From the NCBI GenBank assembly GCA_017499595.2, contig CM038998.1:1550001-1614000 (forward strand): DNA of 64,000 bases. The letters are read 5' to 3'. The notes beneath the pieces are model-generated. The model had not been told where the DNA came from and ran no database searches. It was given only the letters and a program-made list of their open reading frames with translations. This document shows, piece after piece, positions 14,821-26,996 of this stretch. The stretch is from Psilocybe cubensis. Lineage: Eukaryota. Position numbers and translations under genes: made by a program. The first letter of the stretch is position 1. Each line of letters starts with the position of its first letter.

Positions 14821-16847
14821 TCAATGCACCATCTCGGGACCGTTCCATATGTCGAAAGGAATACAGAAATGATAACTATTATTGGCCAGTGTGAATTGCT
14901 CATTTGCTTCGACCAGTTTCTTTCTGTATTCTTCCGCTTCTTGAGAGGTCATGACACCCTCTACGTTTTCCAGAATTTTTTCAATCACTTCGTGAGGTAG
15001 GCGAGTGTCAAGATTGTCATCCAACGCCTTATGCATCCAGGATTTCTGTTGAGGGGCGACATTTGCGGTGGAGACTATTGGTCTGATATCCGGGTCAACC
15101 AAATAGAACCAGATTGCCTTCAAATGACCATCTCGAGAGCAATCAACAAGAGAAAACGGTGTTTGTTGATGTTGATAAATGTTGGGGAATACCAGGCTTA
15201 GGCCTGGCCGTAAAGGAACTTCCCCAACATACTGGTGACATGAATCTCCATCTCGGATGCCCCAAGTTCTGAGTGTAGCACCTGTGTCACCTGCAGAGAA
15301 TCCTCTAGGATACGTCACAGCCATGCGAAATTTTAGTAAAGTTTCGGTGATGTTATCCTACATGAATGAATAGGCGAATGTTCTATTCAGACCAACAAGC
15401 AGGGAAGACAGGGAACTTACAATCGAAAGACAATGGAAGCCACATGCGACAATTCTCTCGCTTCGCATTCCTTCCACATGCCATACCGAACCTGAGAATG
15501 TCGACCGCTGAGGACTCTTCAAGCGGGAACTCTCAGAACAGCAAAATACTAAGTCACGGCCACAAACTCACAAGTTCAATTTCGAGGGCACTGACGATGA
15601 TTTGTAAAGTTCTGTTTCGTAACTTTACGTTGAACCGTCGTTTCTCAAGCCCACCTGGGTAGCCAGTATGTGGAACATCCGGAAGATTTATTGGCCGATT
15701 CATTGTCCATTCACGAAGTGCTCTTTCATAATTCGTCCACCCGTCTTCATCATCAGAGTGCTCTGGAGGTTCAGGCTCGTCCCAGATGGTGTACCGACAG
15801 TGTCCGGCTATTCGCTGAACGAGGTGGTTGTTTCTGTGAAGATCTGTCAAGGAATGTTCAAAGAGTGGTATGAAGCGTGCCAAAAGATTTTCCAACAGCC
15901 GGTATGTATTACGATGTGTTTGTGGATGAAGGTTGTTGATGTAGGAAATAAATTTTACTGAAGAAGCGTCGGACGAAACAAACACGTCGGAGGGTAGAAA
16001 TGTGAAGTTGGGAGAGACGGTGTATACATCAGTAGATGGAGGGGGGGATACCGGACGGAGAAACCTTCCATTCAGTTGAGATACCAAGGTTTTGTTGTAT
16101 ATCAAAGGATATAGTCTATGGTCTACAAAGTATCTGGTGATACCGTCGTCGCATAAGCTGACTTCAGATTTCAGCAGCTCAAGCGCTTTGACTAGTTCTG
16201 CTGTCTCAGACAGATCTAAGAGATTATCTGATTCCCAGATACGTTCAAAGCAAGATACTTGGCTGAAATTCGAGAATTAATTCTGAGAAAAAGAAAAGTA
16301 AGCTTCTGTTGTTTACCACCGGGCATGCTCATCGCGCAGAGCAGCGTATCCTTCGAGTTCATCCAATACGTAATCCACCTGATTTGCGGTAAAGAATGTT
16401 GGTCTTCAACTGAAGTTGGTCTTGATTGACGTACCTGTCGTTGGGAAAGCTTTACACTAGACTGTTGTGACGGAGTTTGAACAATCCAGGTCCTTTCAAG
16501 AGCAGAAGTAGCCCATTCCTTTCTTGCTTCCTTCTCTGTATATTGAACCCACCATTCATGGGAACGACGGATTTCTGCTGAGAACTGGGACATTGCAAGC
16601 TCTGCAAGCTTTTGGATACAAGCCGTATTGCTTTTTTTAAGACCAAAGGATTTGTATATACCCACATTCAGGGCTTACCGTTCTCGGCGTATCTGTCACA
16701 ACAAAATATCAGTCGAAGAATAGCATCGTTCCTTGATAAGATGTGCGACTTGCCTCCCACTCCACCCAAATAGTGAATACCAAACAGAAAAGGATGTCTA
16801 TACCCTAAATGCCTATCAGAGAAGAGTTGATTAGACATATTTTGCAT
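14821..16847 (-). CDS. DUF4246-family protein, multi-exon
   Basis: VKFISYINNLHP, TLQIIV, WHVEGMRSERIVA, FPNIYQHQQTPFSLVD..GHLKAIWFYLVDP..IVSTANVAPQQKSW; ATG 16847 (no further in-frame ATG before an upstream stop). Confidence 0.8.
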
Positions 16848-17048
16848 ATATCTTAGTTGAACTTCAAGGTGAGTGGGTGATGGTATACTCCTTACTGGCT
16901 GTTGTCGGAGATAGGGGCTAGGTCACCGTGGACTTTGTTTAGATAATCGACACCTATCTTCCGCGTCCAGCCACAATCTCACAAACTCAGCACTGCCAAC
17001 GTCAACTTTCATCTGCCATCTTCCAACCCATTGTAGCATCAAAGCAAA

Positions 17049-17668
17049 ATGGTACGCATGTGCCTAATAATTATTGGGTGCTAGTATTCAAGTATGTGCT
17101 TAAAGTCGCATTGGGAAGTCCGAATGTCTTCGTCCAAGGGGCTACCTTATTTCTTCAATAACCAAACCAAACAGTCGTCTTGGGACGCGCCGTCAGAGTT
17201 ATCTCAGCAAGAGATAGACTCTCTACCTGGCGCTAAGGAATATCTCAATGGAAAGGGTGGAGCTGCAGGTGCCCATGCCGGACAAGTGCGTGCTAGCCAT
17301 TTGCTGGTGAAGCACCGCGGCAGTAGGCGCCCCTCAAGCTGGAAAGAGGTGTTTTCCCTAATTTTATTACAACGGGTTCAAAGGTTGACATTATCATGTA
17401 GAGCAACATTACGCGCACAAAGGAGGAGGCGATTGAAATACTACGCGGATATCAAGCCCAGATCAACGGATCGCAGGAGAAGTTTGCTGAGCTCGCTACG
17501 CTCCACTCTGATTGCTCATCTCACAGCAATGGAGGGGATCTTGGATGGTTTGGACGAGGGCAAATGCAGAAACCTTTCGAAGATGCTGCTTACGGACTGG
17601 AGCCTGGTCAGATCAGCGATATCATTTCGTCTGATAGTGGAGTCCACCTTGTTTTGCGAACCGCTTGA
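17049..17668 (+). CDS. ESS1: Peptidyl-prolyl cis-trans isomerase Ess1/Pin1 (WW + parvulin domains)
   Basis: M|SHWEVRMSSSKGLPYFFN..SSWDAP (WW), VRASHLLVKHRGSRRPSSWKE, SDCSSHSNGGDLGWFGRGQMQKPFEDA..SGVHLVLRTA*. Confidence 0.95.
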
Positions 17669-18120
17669 AGACCGAACATACTTGAATGTATAGACGGCAT
17701 ACCAGAAGAAGAATTGTATGTTAGCAAGTTGTACCTCGAATGAAATAAATAGGAACGTCGAACATATCGCTGAGCGAACCTATTGTTGGCGAATAAGATA
17801 AGATAAGATCTCGTCATGCTGGCGGATTCTGACAACGAATCATTTCATCCATCGAAACCAATAGAAATACAGAGTTGTTTCTTGGCAGTTTGTCGTAGCT
17901 TATTATCCCCGTCGTTCATTTCGTCTAATGTTTCGTTTTGTTTCGTGCAAGTGTTCCATCTCAAGGCATTTGACGTCTCCTGGTATCTGCGTTACATAAG
18001 GTTCAATTGAAGCACGATGTCCTGACCAATGGTAGAACCTGTTCGGCAAACCCTCGGACAACTTCCTACAACTTCATTGAATCTTTTTCTGAACTGGCAG
18101 CATTCGACAGAGCGGGCCTC

Positions 18121-19626
18121 ATGACCTCATTTACCGAGAAAGTTGTTCAATGCTTTTCTCAGGCTTACAACCATGCGTCCACGCTTACTGGGTGGACGGT
18201 AGTGGCAGTAGTAGTTCCGTTTGTCATCCTCGTATATAACCTGCGGACGTCCGTTGGGAGGAGTCATAAGGCCAAAGCCATGGAAGGTTCCTCATTGGAA
18301 ATACCTGTAGCATCCGTCGCGTCCTCAACAACAGCAGTCCCGATTCCAGGACAAGTGAAGGTGTCCAAGATATTGGTCCATCCAATCAAGGTCAGCTTGC
18401 TGTACTATCTTATCCTCTTCTGCTAATATACGTGCCCCGAAGAGCTGTAGAGGTATTTCGGTGCAGACTGCAAAATATACACCGGAGGGCTTAGAGGTGA
18501 GCACAGAAGGACATATTGTGTGTATGCGAATCTTGAGCTTTTTGATAGAATGATAGGCTTTGGTGTATCATTGACGCGGTGAAGGTCGTCGTGCTGACAG
18601 CGAGAGAAGTACCCAAGGTCAGTCGACTGCAAATAATACATGTGCTGTTGGTCGAAGATTAGGAAAAAATGATTTTAGATGGTACTTATCACGCCTTCCA
18701 TCGAATCGGACGGTACCCTCAATGTCAAGTTTCCAGAGAACTCTGGTTGTGATGAATTCAGTGTTCCGTTGAATCCATCGGAAGAGACGCTAAAGAGCTG
18801 GTCCATGTATGCATTACTATTTTACTCTATGATATTAATATCTGATGGTCACAAAATATACTTGTATAGCCTTCCTAAGGTGACTCTATGGCCAACCCAC
18901 GATCCAGTAGACGGTTACATATGTGAATCAATTAATGGCCCCAAAGACGGGCCCTCTACGATCCTGTCCAAGTATTTCGAGAAACCTGTTCACCTCATCT
19001 ATAAAGGGCCTCAACCACGTCCCATAGACCCAACAGCCTCATTTCCTGATCTGAAAGCGACTGCCAAATATCAGGACATGTATCCTTTGCTCGTCTTGTC
19101 CGAAGAAAGCACGGTGGCCATTGAAAAGCAGCTTCGCGGCTACGTTGGTACACAAGGAATAGATGAACGTTGGAGGACAGATACAGTGCCGATCCAAAGG
19201 TTGTCTCTTAATTTTATGCTTTTTTGCAAGGATCGAATCCCTGACTTTATGAGATCACAGATTCAGACCCAACATCGTTCTTACTGGAGGAGGGCCGTTT
19301 GCAGAAGATCATTGGGAACAAATTCAGATCGGCTCCGAGGACGCCCCAATGTTAACACTTGTTTCCAAATGCACAAGATGTTTGGTAAATCAATTGTGAT
19401 GTTATGTTTTTACCTTTACAATCTAATCATGATTCTTTAGCTGCCAAACGTCAGCCCCGAGACTGGAGAGCGGGACAAAGCCGTCCCGTATAAGGTCATA
19501 ATGAAGTTTAGAACAGGACTCGACCCTCAGCAAAAAATGAAACCCTGTGTAGGATGCAATGCTGTCCCTAACGGACTAGGGACAGTCAAAGTAGGGGATT
19601 GGGTTTATGTCAAGAAGTTGATATAG
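18121..19626 (+). CDS. MOSC-domain molybdenum-cofactor protein (mARC-like) with N-terminal membrane anchor
   Basis: VSKILVHPIK|SCRG, NDRLW, YQDMYPLLV, RFRPNIV..FAEDHW, KCTRCL|LPNV; hydrophobic WTVVAVVVPFVILVY near N-terminus. Confidence 0.88.
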
Positions 19627-20877
19627 TGTCCAAGTTGTCTTCACGACCTACATTTTTCCCAGATGTATTCTCAGAATCGTATTACTAGACATATCAAAAT
19701 CAGCCAAACGTCGAATAGTTGTCTGATTAAATTAAAGGTAATCAAAAACGAGTTACGGGCGTTTGCCACAGGTGTCGTTGACGAGTGCATTGGACTAGGC
19801 GGATAGAAGTACGTGTTGTTTAGTCGCAGGCGAGTTTTCATGGCACGATTGGGACTCTGTTCGTTGAACATGACCCCACTAATACGGCTGGTAATTAAGT
19901 AATCGAATAATTTCTGTATGATATCCATACTTTGGAATTGGTACACTGTGTTGCCTGGAGAAAATACGGGAGGACCCTTGGAGTAAAATCCGAGGTTATA
20001 TCGACATATTTGATGGGCGACAAGATCTCAGTTGGAATTTTAGCATCATACATCTTCTCAGTCTTGTATCCATTTTAGCAACAATTACCCACATATATAA
20101 TTTTTTGAGCCTTTTATAGGTCGGGGATCCATTCGCGAGCAAACGCTCTCTGAATGTCATCCGACTGCCTGTCTAACCAGCAGTCGGTGGCACCACGCGC
20201 GGACCGCTCAACATGAATGATATACAGGAGGCAGTCATATCTTGAGCTTGTTTAAAGGCGTTGTTGCTGTACAGGAAAGCACCACAGGATTGAGTACTTG
20301 GTCCTTCAAGGTCAAGACGGGATTGAAGAAGAGTTCATAGGTGGGTCAAATGTTTACGCGCTGGTGTCGTCTGTGAACCTTGGGGATTCCAGTTGTATCA
20401 GGAAGGTGATTGTAGACGTCAGACCTGCACAATAGTCAGCATGGAGGAGTTCTTATAATGGCGACCAGTTGCACACCAACGTCAAATATCTCCCTTTGGC
20501 TGTCCAAGTGAGGATCGCGTGGTAATATGCATGGCACACTTGAAGTAGGTTTTTAGAGCTGAATCAAGGGCGCAGTCGAGCTGGAGGTGGCGGGCAGGCG
20601 GGACTATGACGCCGGGCCGAATGTTATCGATTGGTGAGAGGCACAGATGGTCAGGCACAGCAGCTCCGCATCAAGAAGCTGGCGCAGATCTCAGATCCTT
20701 AGTTTTGGTTAGCCTTGACCTCCTTAGAAGTCGTAAAGGTTTCGAGTAATCGCCCCTGCTAAAGTATCGCGTTGAGGGCTCTACATAGGCCTGAAAGTAT
20801 TGGGTATGTTAAAATGTTTGTAGTTACAGAAAGAAACCGGTGAATAAAGACTGATATCAGGGGAAATTAGAGGCGAG

Positions 20878-20885
20878 TCACGTGA
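20878..20885. promoter_or_regulatory. Palindromic E-box TCACGTGA ~140 nt upstream of the CreB-like USP
   Basis: gagTCACGTGAat; the same octamer occurs at 55186-55193 upstream of RNase H1. Confidence 0.35.
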
Positions 20886-21026
20886 ATGGGTACTCTGCGT
20901 TGAGATCCCATTGGCATTTGATCCAACTCAATCCACCTTTACCGTCCACACCCTCCTCCTCGTCCTCCCAATCCGCCCCGTGTTCGGGTGATCCTCCAGG
21001 CGGCCATCCCACAGACTGCCCACACG

Positions 21027-24000
21027 ATGGCAAGGTCGAAATGGATATCCTTTGGTGCCCAGCAGTCTCTGGACCGCGCAGCAGCCAAAGCTGCTGCAGT
21101 TACTACCGCTTTACCACTGACATCTTCAGCGGATGCGAAGAAGTTTGGCCTGGAGAATGTGGGTTTCTGTTTCCTCATTCAAAAAGTCCCTTGTAGCTTA
21201 TCGTCCAAATATATATCAGTTCGGCAACACTTGGTGAGCCCTAGCCAATATTTACTTCGTAAGATGGATACTGACGTATGAACAGCTATGCGAATTCAGT
21301 TTTGCAAGCACTATATTTCTGCACTCCATTTCGTGACCTCCTTCTGCAAGATTTTGAAGCCTTGCAGACCCAGGATAGTTCTGTGGCGACACCCCCGGGG
21401 ACCAGTAAGCCTCCGTCTACATCATTCGCTCCCGTTCGACGGAAGCCCGAGCGCAAGGCTTCGACCTCCGGCCACATAGCCGACCCTTCTGGATCGACAT
21501 CCCAACAAGTCTCTGCCTATCCTATACCCTCTTCATCTCCTACTCTCTTCTCTGCACTACAGTCACTCTTTCTCAACATTTCCACGAACCCTGGCGACAA
21601 GGGCACAGTGTCGCCACGCGCCTTTATCGACAAGTTGAAGGAACTTAATGATATCTTCCGCTCAACTATGCATCAGGACGCGCATGAATTTCTGAATTAT
21701 CTGCTTAATAAGATCGTTGAGGAGATAGAGCAGGAGAAGAAACAGACGCAGGCGACCGCAAACGGGGATGATTGTGAGTATTCTATTTGTTGGAGTTCTT
21801 TGTAGCTCATTCGCTTTTCATCAGTATCAAATTCCGTTGTAACACTAGGTTCGCGGACACCTCCTACCGTTTTAACCGCCGCTAGTTCTAGTTCCGGAAC
21901 TCATCCCCAAGACGCCACCCTCGTTCACAAGCTCTTTGAAGGCATTCTTACGAGCGAAACACGCTGTCTGACCTGCGAAACTGTGCGTGGAACGTTGAAA
22001 CAATATTTAACGAAAACTGAGGTTGAAATGAAATAGGTATCATCTCGGGACGAATCATTTCTTGACTTGTCCATCGATATCGAGCAGAATTCTAGTGTTA
22101 CCGCATGCCTCCGACAATTCAGCGCAAGTGAGATGCTATGCCAAAGGAACAAATTCTTTTGCGATTCATGTTGCGACCTGCAAGAAGCAGAGAAAAGGTG
22201 TTTATCTACCCGTTAACTGTGTTTAACAAACTTTTGACATCTTTACAAGGATGAAAATCAAGAAACTACCCAATGTACTGGCACTGCATTTAAAGCGCTT
22301 CAAATACCAAGAAGATGTTGGAAAATACATTAAGCTTGCTTACCGAGTTGCTTTCCCCTTTGAACTTCGATTATTTAACACTGTAGACGATATCGACGAC
22401 GCCGACCGATTGTATAATTTGTTTGCTATTGTAGTTCATATCGGAAAGTGAGTCTGACTGTTTTGTTTGTCATTTACGGATGCTGATACATATCTCTTTC
22501 TAAAGTGGACCTCATCACGGACATTATATTTCTATAATCAAAACCGCAGGAACCTGGCTCGTCTTTGATGACGACAATGTATATTCAATACCAGAAGGTG
22601 ATATCCCAAAGTACTTTGGGGACTCCAACTCAGGTTCTGCGTATGTACTTTATTATCAAGCGGAGGATATTGATTTGGCTGGCCTTGGACTCCGCACACC
22701 TGAAACAACACTTCCACTAGAGGTACCCGCAATTCCATTGTCGCAGTCGCAAGAATCACCTACTCAGTATCGTCGATCACCTCCTCTACCCCCTGGCCTC
22801 AGCACAGTACCCATTTCCGACGGAGATGCCGACGCCGTGCAATCACCCCCTCCAATTCCACCACCTATGCCGATCCCACCCACTCCATCAGCTCCCCCGC
22901 CGGAAAAACCTTCATTGACGCCAGTCGTCATTTCGGACCCTCCATCAACCGATTCTTCTTCACTACCAGGGTCCTTACCCCCTGTGACCACATCACCTAT
23001 GGCTTCCACTGGATTTGGCAACAAACTACTCAACTCAATCCGTCGGGCGCCGTCTATATCTACCTCACGTGGGACAATCGGGAGCGCGACCAGCTCACCT
23101 GTACATCCTGGCGAGACACGCCGCTCCGCCGCTGACAAGTCTCCAGGGCCATCGACTTCGACTTTGTCGTTTGTAACGCCTCTAGATATCTCAACACATG
23201 AGTTACCCCCACCTTTTCCACCTAATGTGCTTAATCAATCTCAATCTCCTATGGATACTACACCAATAATTATACCTCAAGTTAATGAACCGAAAGTGGA
23301 GCAGCAAAAAGTGAAGGAAAGGGAGAAAGATAACGAGAAGGAGAAGGACAAAGAAAAAGAGAGAGAGAAACAAAAACCACCCCGCAAGTGGTTCAGACGA
23401 CAAAGCGTCAAGACGGTGGATAAGTCGGGGGTGGATAACTCTCCAATGCCTGACGTCCCGTCAACTCCTGTACATCCTCAAGAAAATTCCCATTCAAATT
23501 GGTTAAAACACCCTTCATCTTCTGTTAACCCCTCTTCTCCCCGGCCACAACGACAGCCGTCTGAAAACGGAAGTTCTACGGTATATTCAGAGACTTCGAC
23601 ACTTTACCCCAACTCGTCAAAACTTGCACCAACGCTTGTTCCATTAAGAAGACAAGATCGAATGAATGGCCATGACGAATTTCACCCGCCTGCGTCAACT
23701 TCATCCTCTCCAAGCTCAAATTCGTTTTTGAGCCAATTACAACCATCTGTCACGGGTCATACTACACGGCCGTCAACATCATCTACCACCACATCAGGAC
23801 CGCAGGAATACTCATCTTCACCTGTGCGTAAGCTGCCTGTTACTCCATCTGATCGGCCACGGGCCAGCGTCGAGCGAAAACGAAGCCTTGATCTCAATGC
23901 ACTCTCTACGGCTGGTCCGGGTTCGATTTCTGCAACATTTACTCCCTCTCAGACTGCACAATACAAAGACCGACCAGCGGTGCCACCACCTAGATTCAAC

Positions 24001-24363
24001 TCGCATCGCGCTAATGCGAGCAACGGCAATATCTTCGTCGCCGAACCAGAGAGTTTCGTGAAAGGCAAGTTCCGTTCCACGGAGTTTGAGGGCGGTTCTG
24101 CAAGCCCGACCGGACCTGGGTTCAAGCCAGCAACGCAGAAATCGCTGCCGCCCGTGTCGCTGGCTTCCGCCGTGGGCGCTAATAACAGCATGAGTAGTAC
24201 CAACTCGGCTAGTTCGAATTTCAAACGTACGACGCGCAAGCTGAGTCTAACGGCGCCTATGCTCGGGTTTGGGAAGCGGGATAAAGACAAGGAGAAGGAA
24301 CGAGAAAAGGAGAGGTTGCGCGAGAGGGACAGGGCGTCGCCGAACGGAATGAACAGAGTTTGA
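21027..24363 (+). CDS. Ubiquitin-specific protease, CreB/Ubp9-13/USP12-46 type, with long Pro/Ser-rich C-terminal tail
   Basis: [64 protein letters not shown]. Confidence 0.9.
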
Positions 24364-24560
24364 TCTCTATTACTACTATTATTATTGTACACTTGGAAGG
24401 ATGGAATCAAAATCTGAAAATGTATTTGTTGGAATACGAGAGCAGTTATCACATTGAAAACATACAACAAAACAATTGAAAGCTATAAGACACATTACAG
24501 TACAGAAAGCGAGGGTAGAGATTGTCCGGATAATTAAACTGTTCAATAATGAGAGTCAAG

Positions 24561-26674
24561 TTACAGTATGCTGTAGCGCAAAAACGATATAAAGTCGAGT
24601 GACTGGAGGATGCTTGGCGATGGGGGAGGAGGGAGTGACATGACTTGGTCGGCCTGCTTGGGCGGCTCCAATGTATCATCTTCAATGACTTTGAGTTCCC
24701 ATTTATGAGCAAGGCGAAGGTGAGGCTCGACAACTGGGGCAATATCCAGCAGCCTGATAAAATCTTCGTTCTCCGCAGCGACGCAGATCTTGCCGCTGGT
24801 CTCGTCCCAAGCCGAGGCGACAAGACCTCCCCCGCGGTTAATATCATGCCCGACATCTTCAGAAAACATGATGTCGTCCAACGCCCGCGAGTTCTCTGCT
24901 GGGACTTCAGTGATCGGATACGTTATATTAGCCAAAGGGTTAGGATTTATCCTCCCCAGACGTTTTTCCGGCCACTGGAACCGGCGCATGCGCTTGAGGA
25001 ACTTGGCCTCTGAGATATCATCGTTGATCTCAAGAAAGAGCGTGCGGAACGCACCGGGCAGCGCGCGTTCGTGGAACTTGTCGTTGGCATGGTGGTGCGA
25101 GGTAGAGTCCGTCTCCGAGTAGCGCCAGCCGTGCGCGGTGCGCTGCGCCCTGATCCACCAGTACGCGCAGCCTTTCGGGTTCGCGGACGGCGCGAAGACC
25201 CAGATGGTGGGCGGGCCTGCGTCGCGCAGGATGACGTCCGGATGCTCCTCGTTGGCTTTGCCGAACTCGGCGTCGGAGATGACGAATTCGCCGTCTAGCT
25301 GCCATGTGTCTTGGCGCTCCCATTGTTCGATGGGGTCCAGGATGTGGACGCCTTCGTCGGAGGGCATGTCGTATATTTCGAACAGGATGATGACTTGAGC
25401 ATCTGGATTGGGCGCGGGGTTGGTGCAGAGGGTGCGGATGACCAGGAGACCTTTTTGGCATGGAAGATAGCGAACGGCGCGGATGCGATGGGGCTGAGAG
25501 TACATTTGAGCGATTTGGATTAAAAGGAAAACATGAATTTTGGAGGATACTCACGATGCCTACAAAGGCGGGGTGTTCCTTGCAGATGATGGAGACACGA
25601 AAGAGGCCGTTGATGTTGACGATTTGAATAGTTGTAGATCCTACGTCGTCTTCTACGAAGATGACTGAAGGGGTATCGTTGATGTTCTGAAGCGAGGGCG
25701 AGTGAATTTCCGAGGTCGATCTCCACCGCAATGCATCGATGAAAGGACGGTCGAGACGCCTTGTGATTCCCAAGTAGGAGAACCGCTTGGTTATGGGGTC
25801 GAGATCTGGGTGAATCAGCTTTTCGACTGGCTCCAATGGCATGTGGATGCAGAATGCTTCATAAGTCAGAGGATGGGGTACTGGATATCGATTTCGTGGA
25901 TTAAAATCGTTAATGTTTTCCATGAAACTAGAAGAACGGTCAGAAAGGATGAATACTTTGAAATGGAAAGGCTTACTTTGCAGGCACCCCGCCTCTGAAC
26001 CTTCGTCGTGTATAATATATCATGATGCCCGGGACAGACTTGTAATCCATATACTTGGCTTGAAGATCATAGGCTTTATAATAAGTCGGGAAACGGGCAA
26101 TAAGCCTGGAACCATGCATGACATCCAAAGCGTACACATTAATAAAGAACCGGTAATTGCAACGATCCTTAATCGATGCGACGAGGAACTTGCCGCCCGG
26201 GAGCAGCTTGAGGTCGACGACCTTGCTCTGGCTGGTCAAAATGCGCTCGCTGCGTATTTTGGGAAAGTTGCCCCGCCACGCGCGCTCCATTGCGCAGGCG
26301 GTGACTACTACAGTCTCGATTTCGTATTTCTCGACGTTGGCTACGTAGTCGAATGTTGGGCGGAGGTGCGGGGTAGGAATCCGGATGCGTTTCAGGAATC
26401 GTTTCCAGATGACTGGTTGGTGAGTGATAATGTAGAACCATTTGTTGACCTGTACATCGATATCAGCTAGGTCCGAAAAAAAGCAAGTTTAAAAGGCACA
26501 GACTTGTCGGATCCTGATGATATCCTCGACGAGAAAGTACGGAAATAGGAGGTCAACCCAGATATCAGCCGTCTTGAACGCCTTTCTCTCCTCTTGAGCA
26601 TAGATGCTGTAGCGCCAAAGTGTCTTTGTGATACTAGGATGCGCGGTGCTCGCCAAAGTATCTTCGTCGGGCAT
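24561..26674 (-). CDS. F-box domain protein, multi-exon
   Basis: Spliced DIWVDLLFPYFLVEDIIRIRQ|VNKWFYIITHQPVIWKRF F-box pattern, then LLPGGKFLV and C-terminal AWDETSGKICVA typical of Agaricomycete F-box proteins. Confidence 0.7.
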
Positions 26675-26996
26675 GGCGAATAAAGTGAAAAGTGGACAAA
26701 AATCCAGCACAAGTCGGATTTTTATTTACTCATCTCATTCCTTGTTACGATAAAGGGAATGTTGTTTCCAGAGAAGGTTGCACAGAGACGCCTTGTATTT
26801 TTGAACACAAGGTTTTACAACTGTCACCGGTCGCGTTGGTACAAATTGACGTAGATTCCATCCTTGGTGATAATACAAGAAGCAAGTTCAGAGGATTTGA
26901 GGCTGGAGGTGGTCAGAGACCAAGGTCAACGACCAGCGATCATGGTATGTAATTACGTAATATCTGTTCAGACTTTATTTTACCTGGTAAAGTTTG

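Noticed and set aside
19990-20560. Intron-like GT..AG segments on both strands between the MOSC and USP genes
   Set aside because: Splicing gives only very short peptides with no recognisable motif; a lncRNA cannot be excluded
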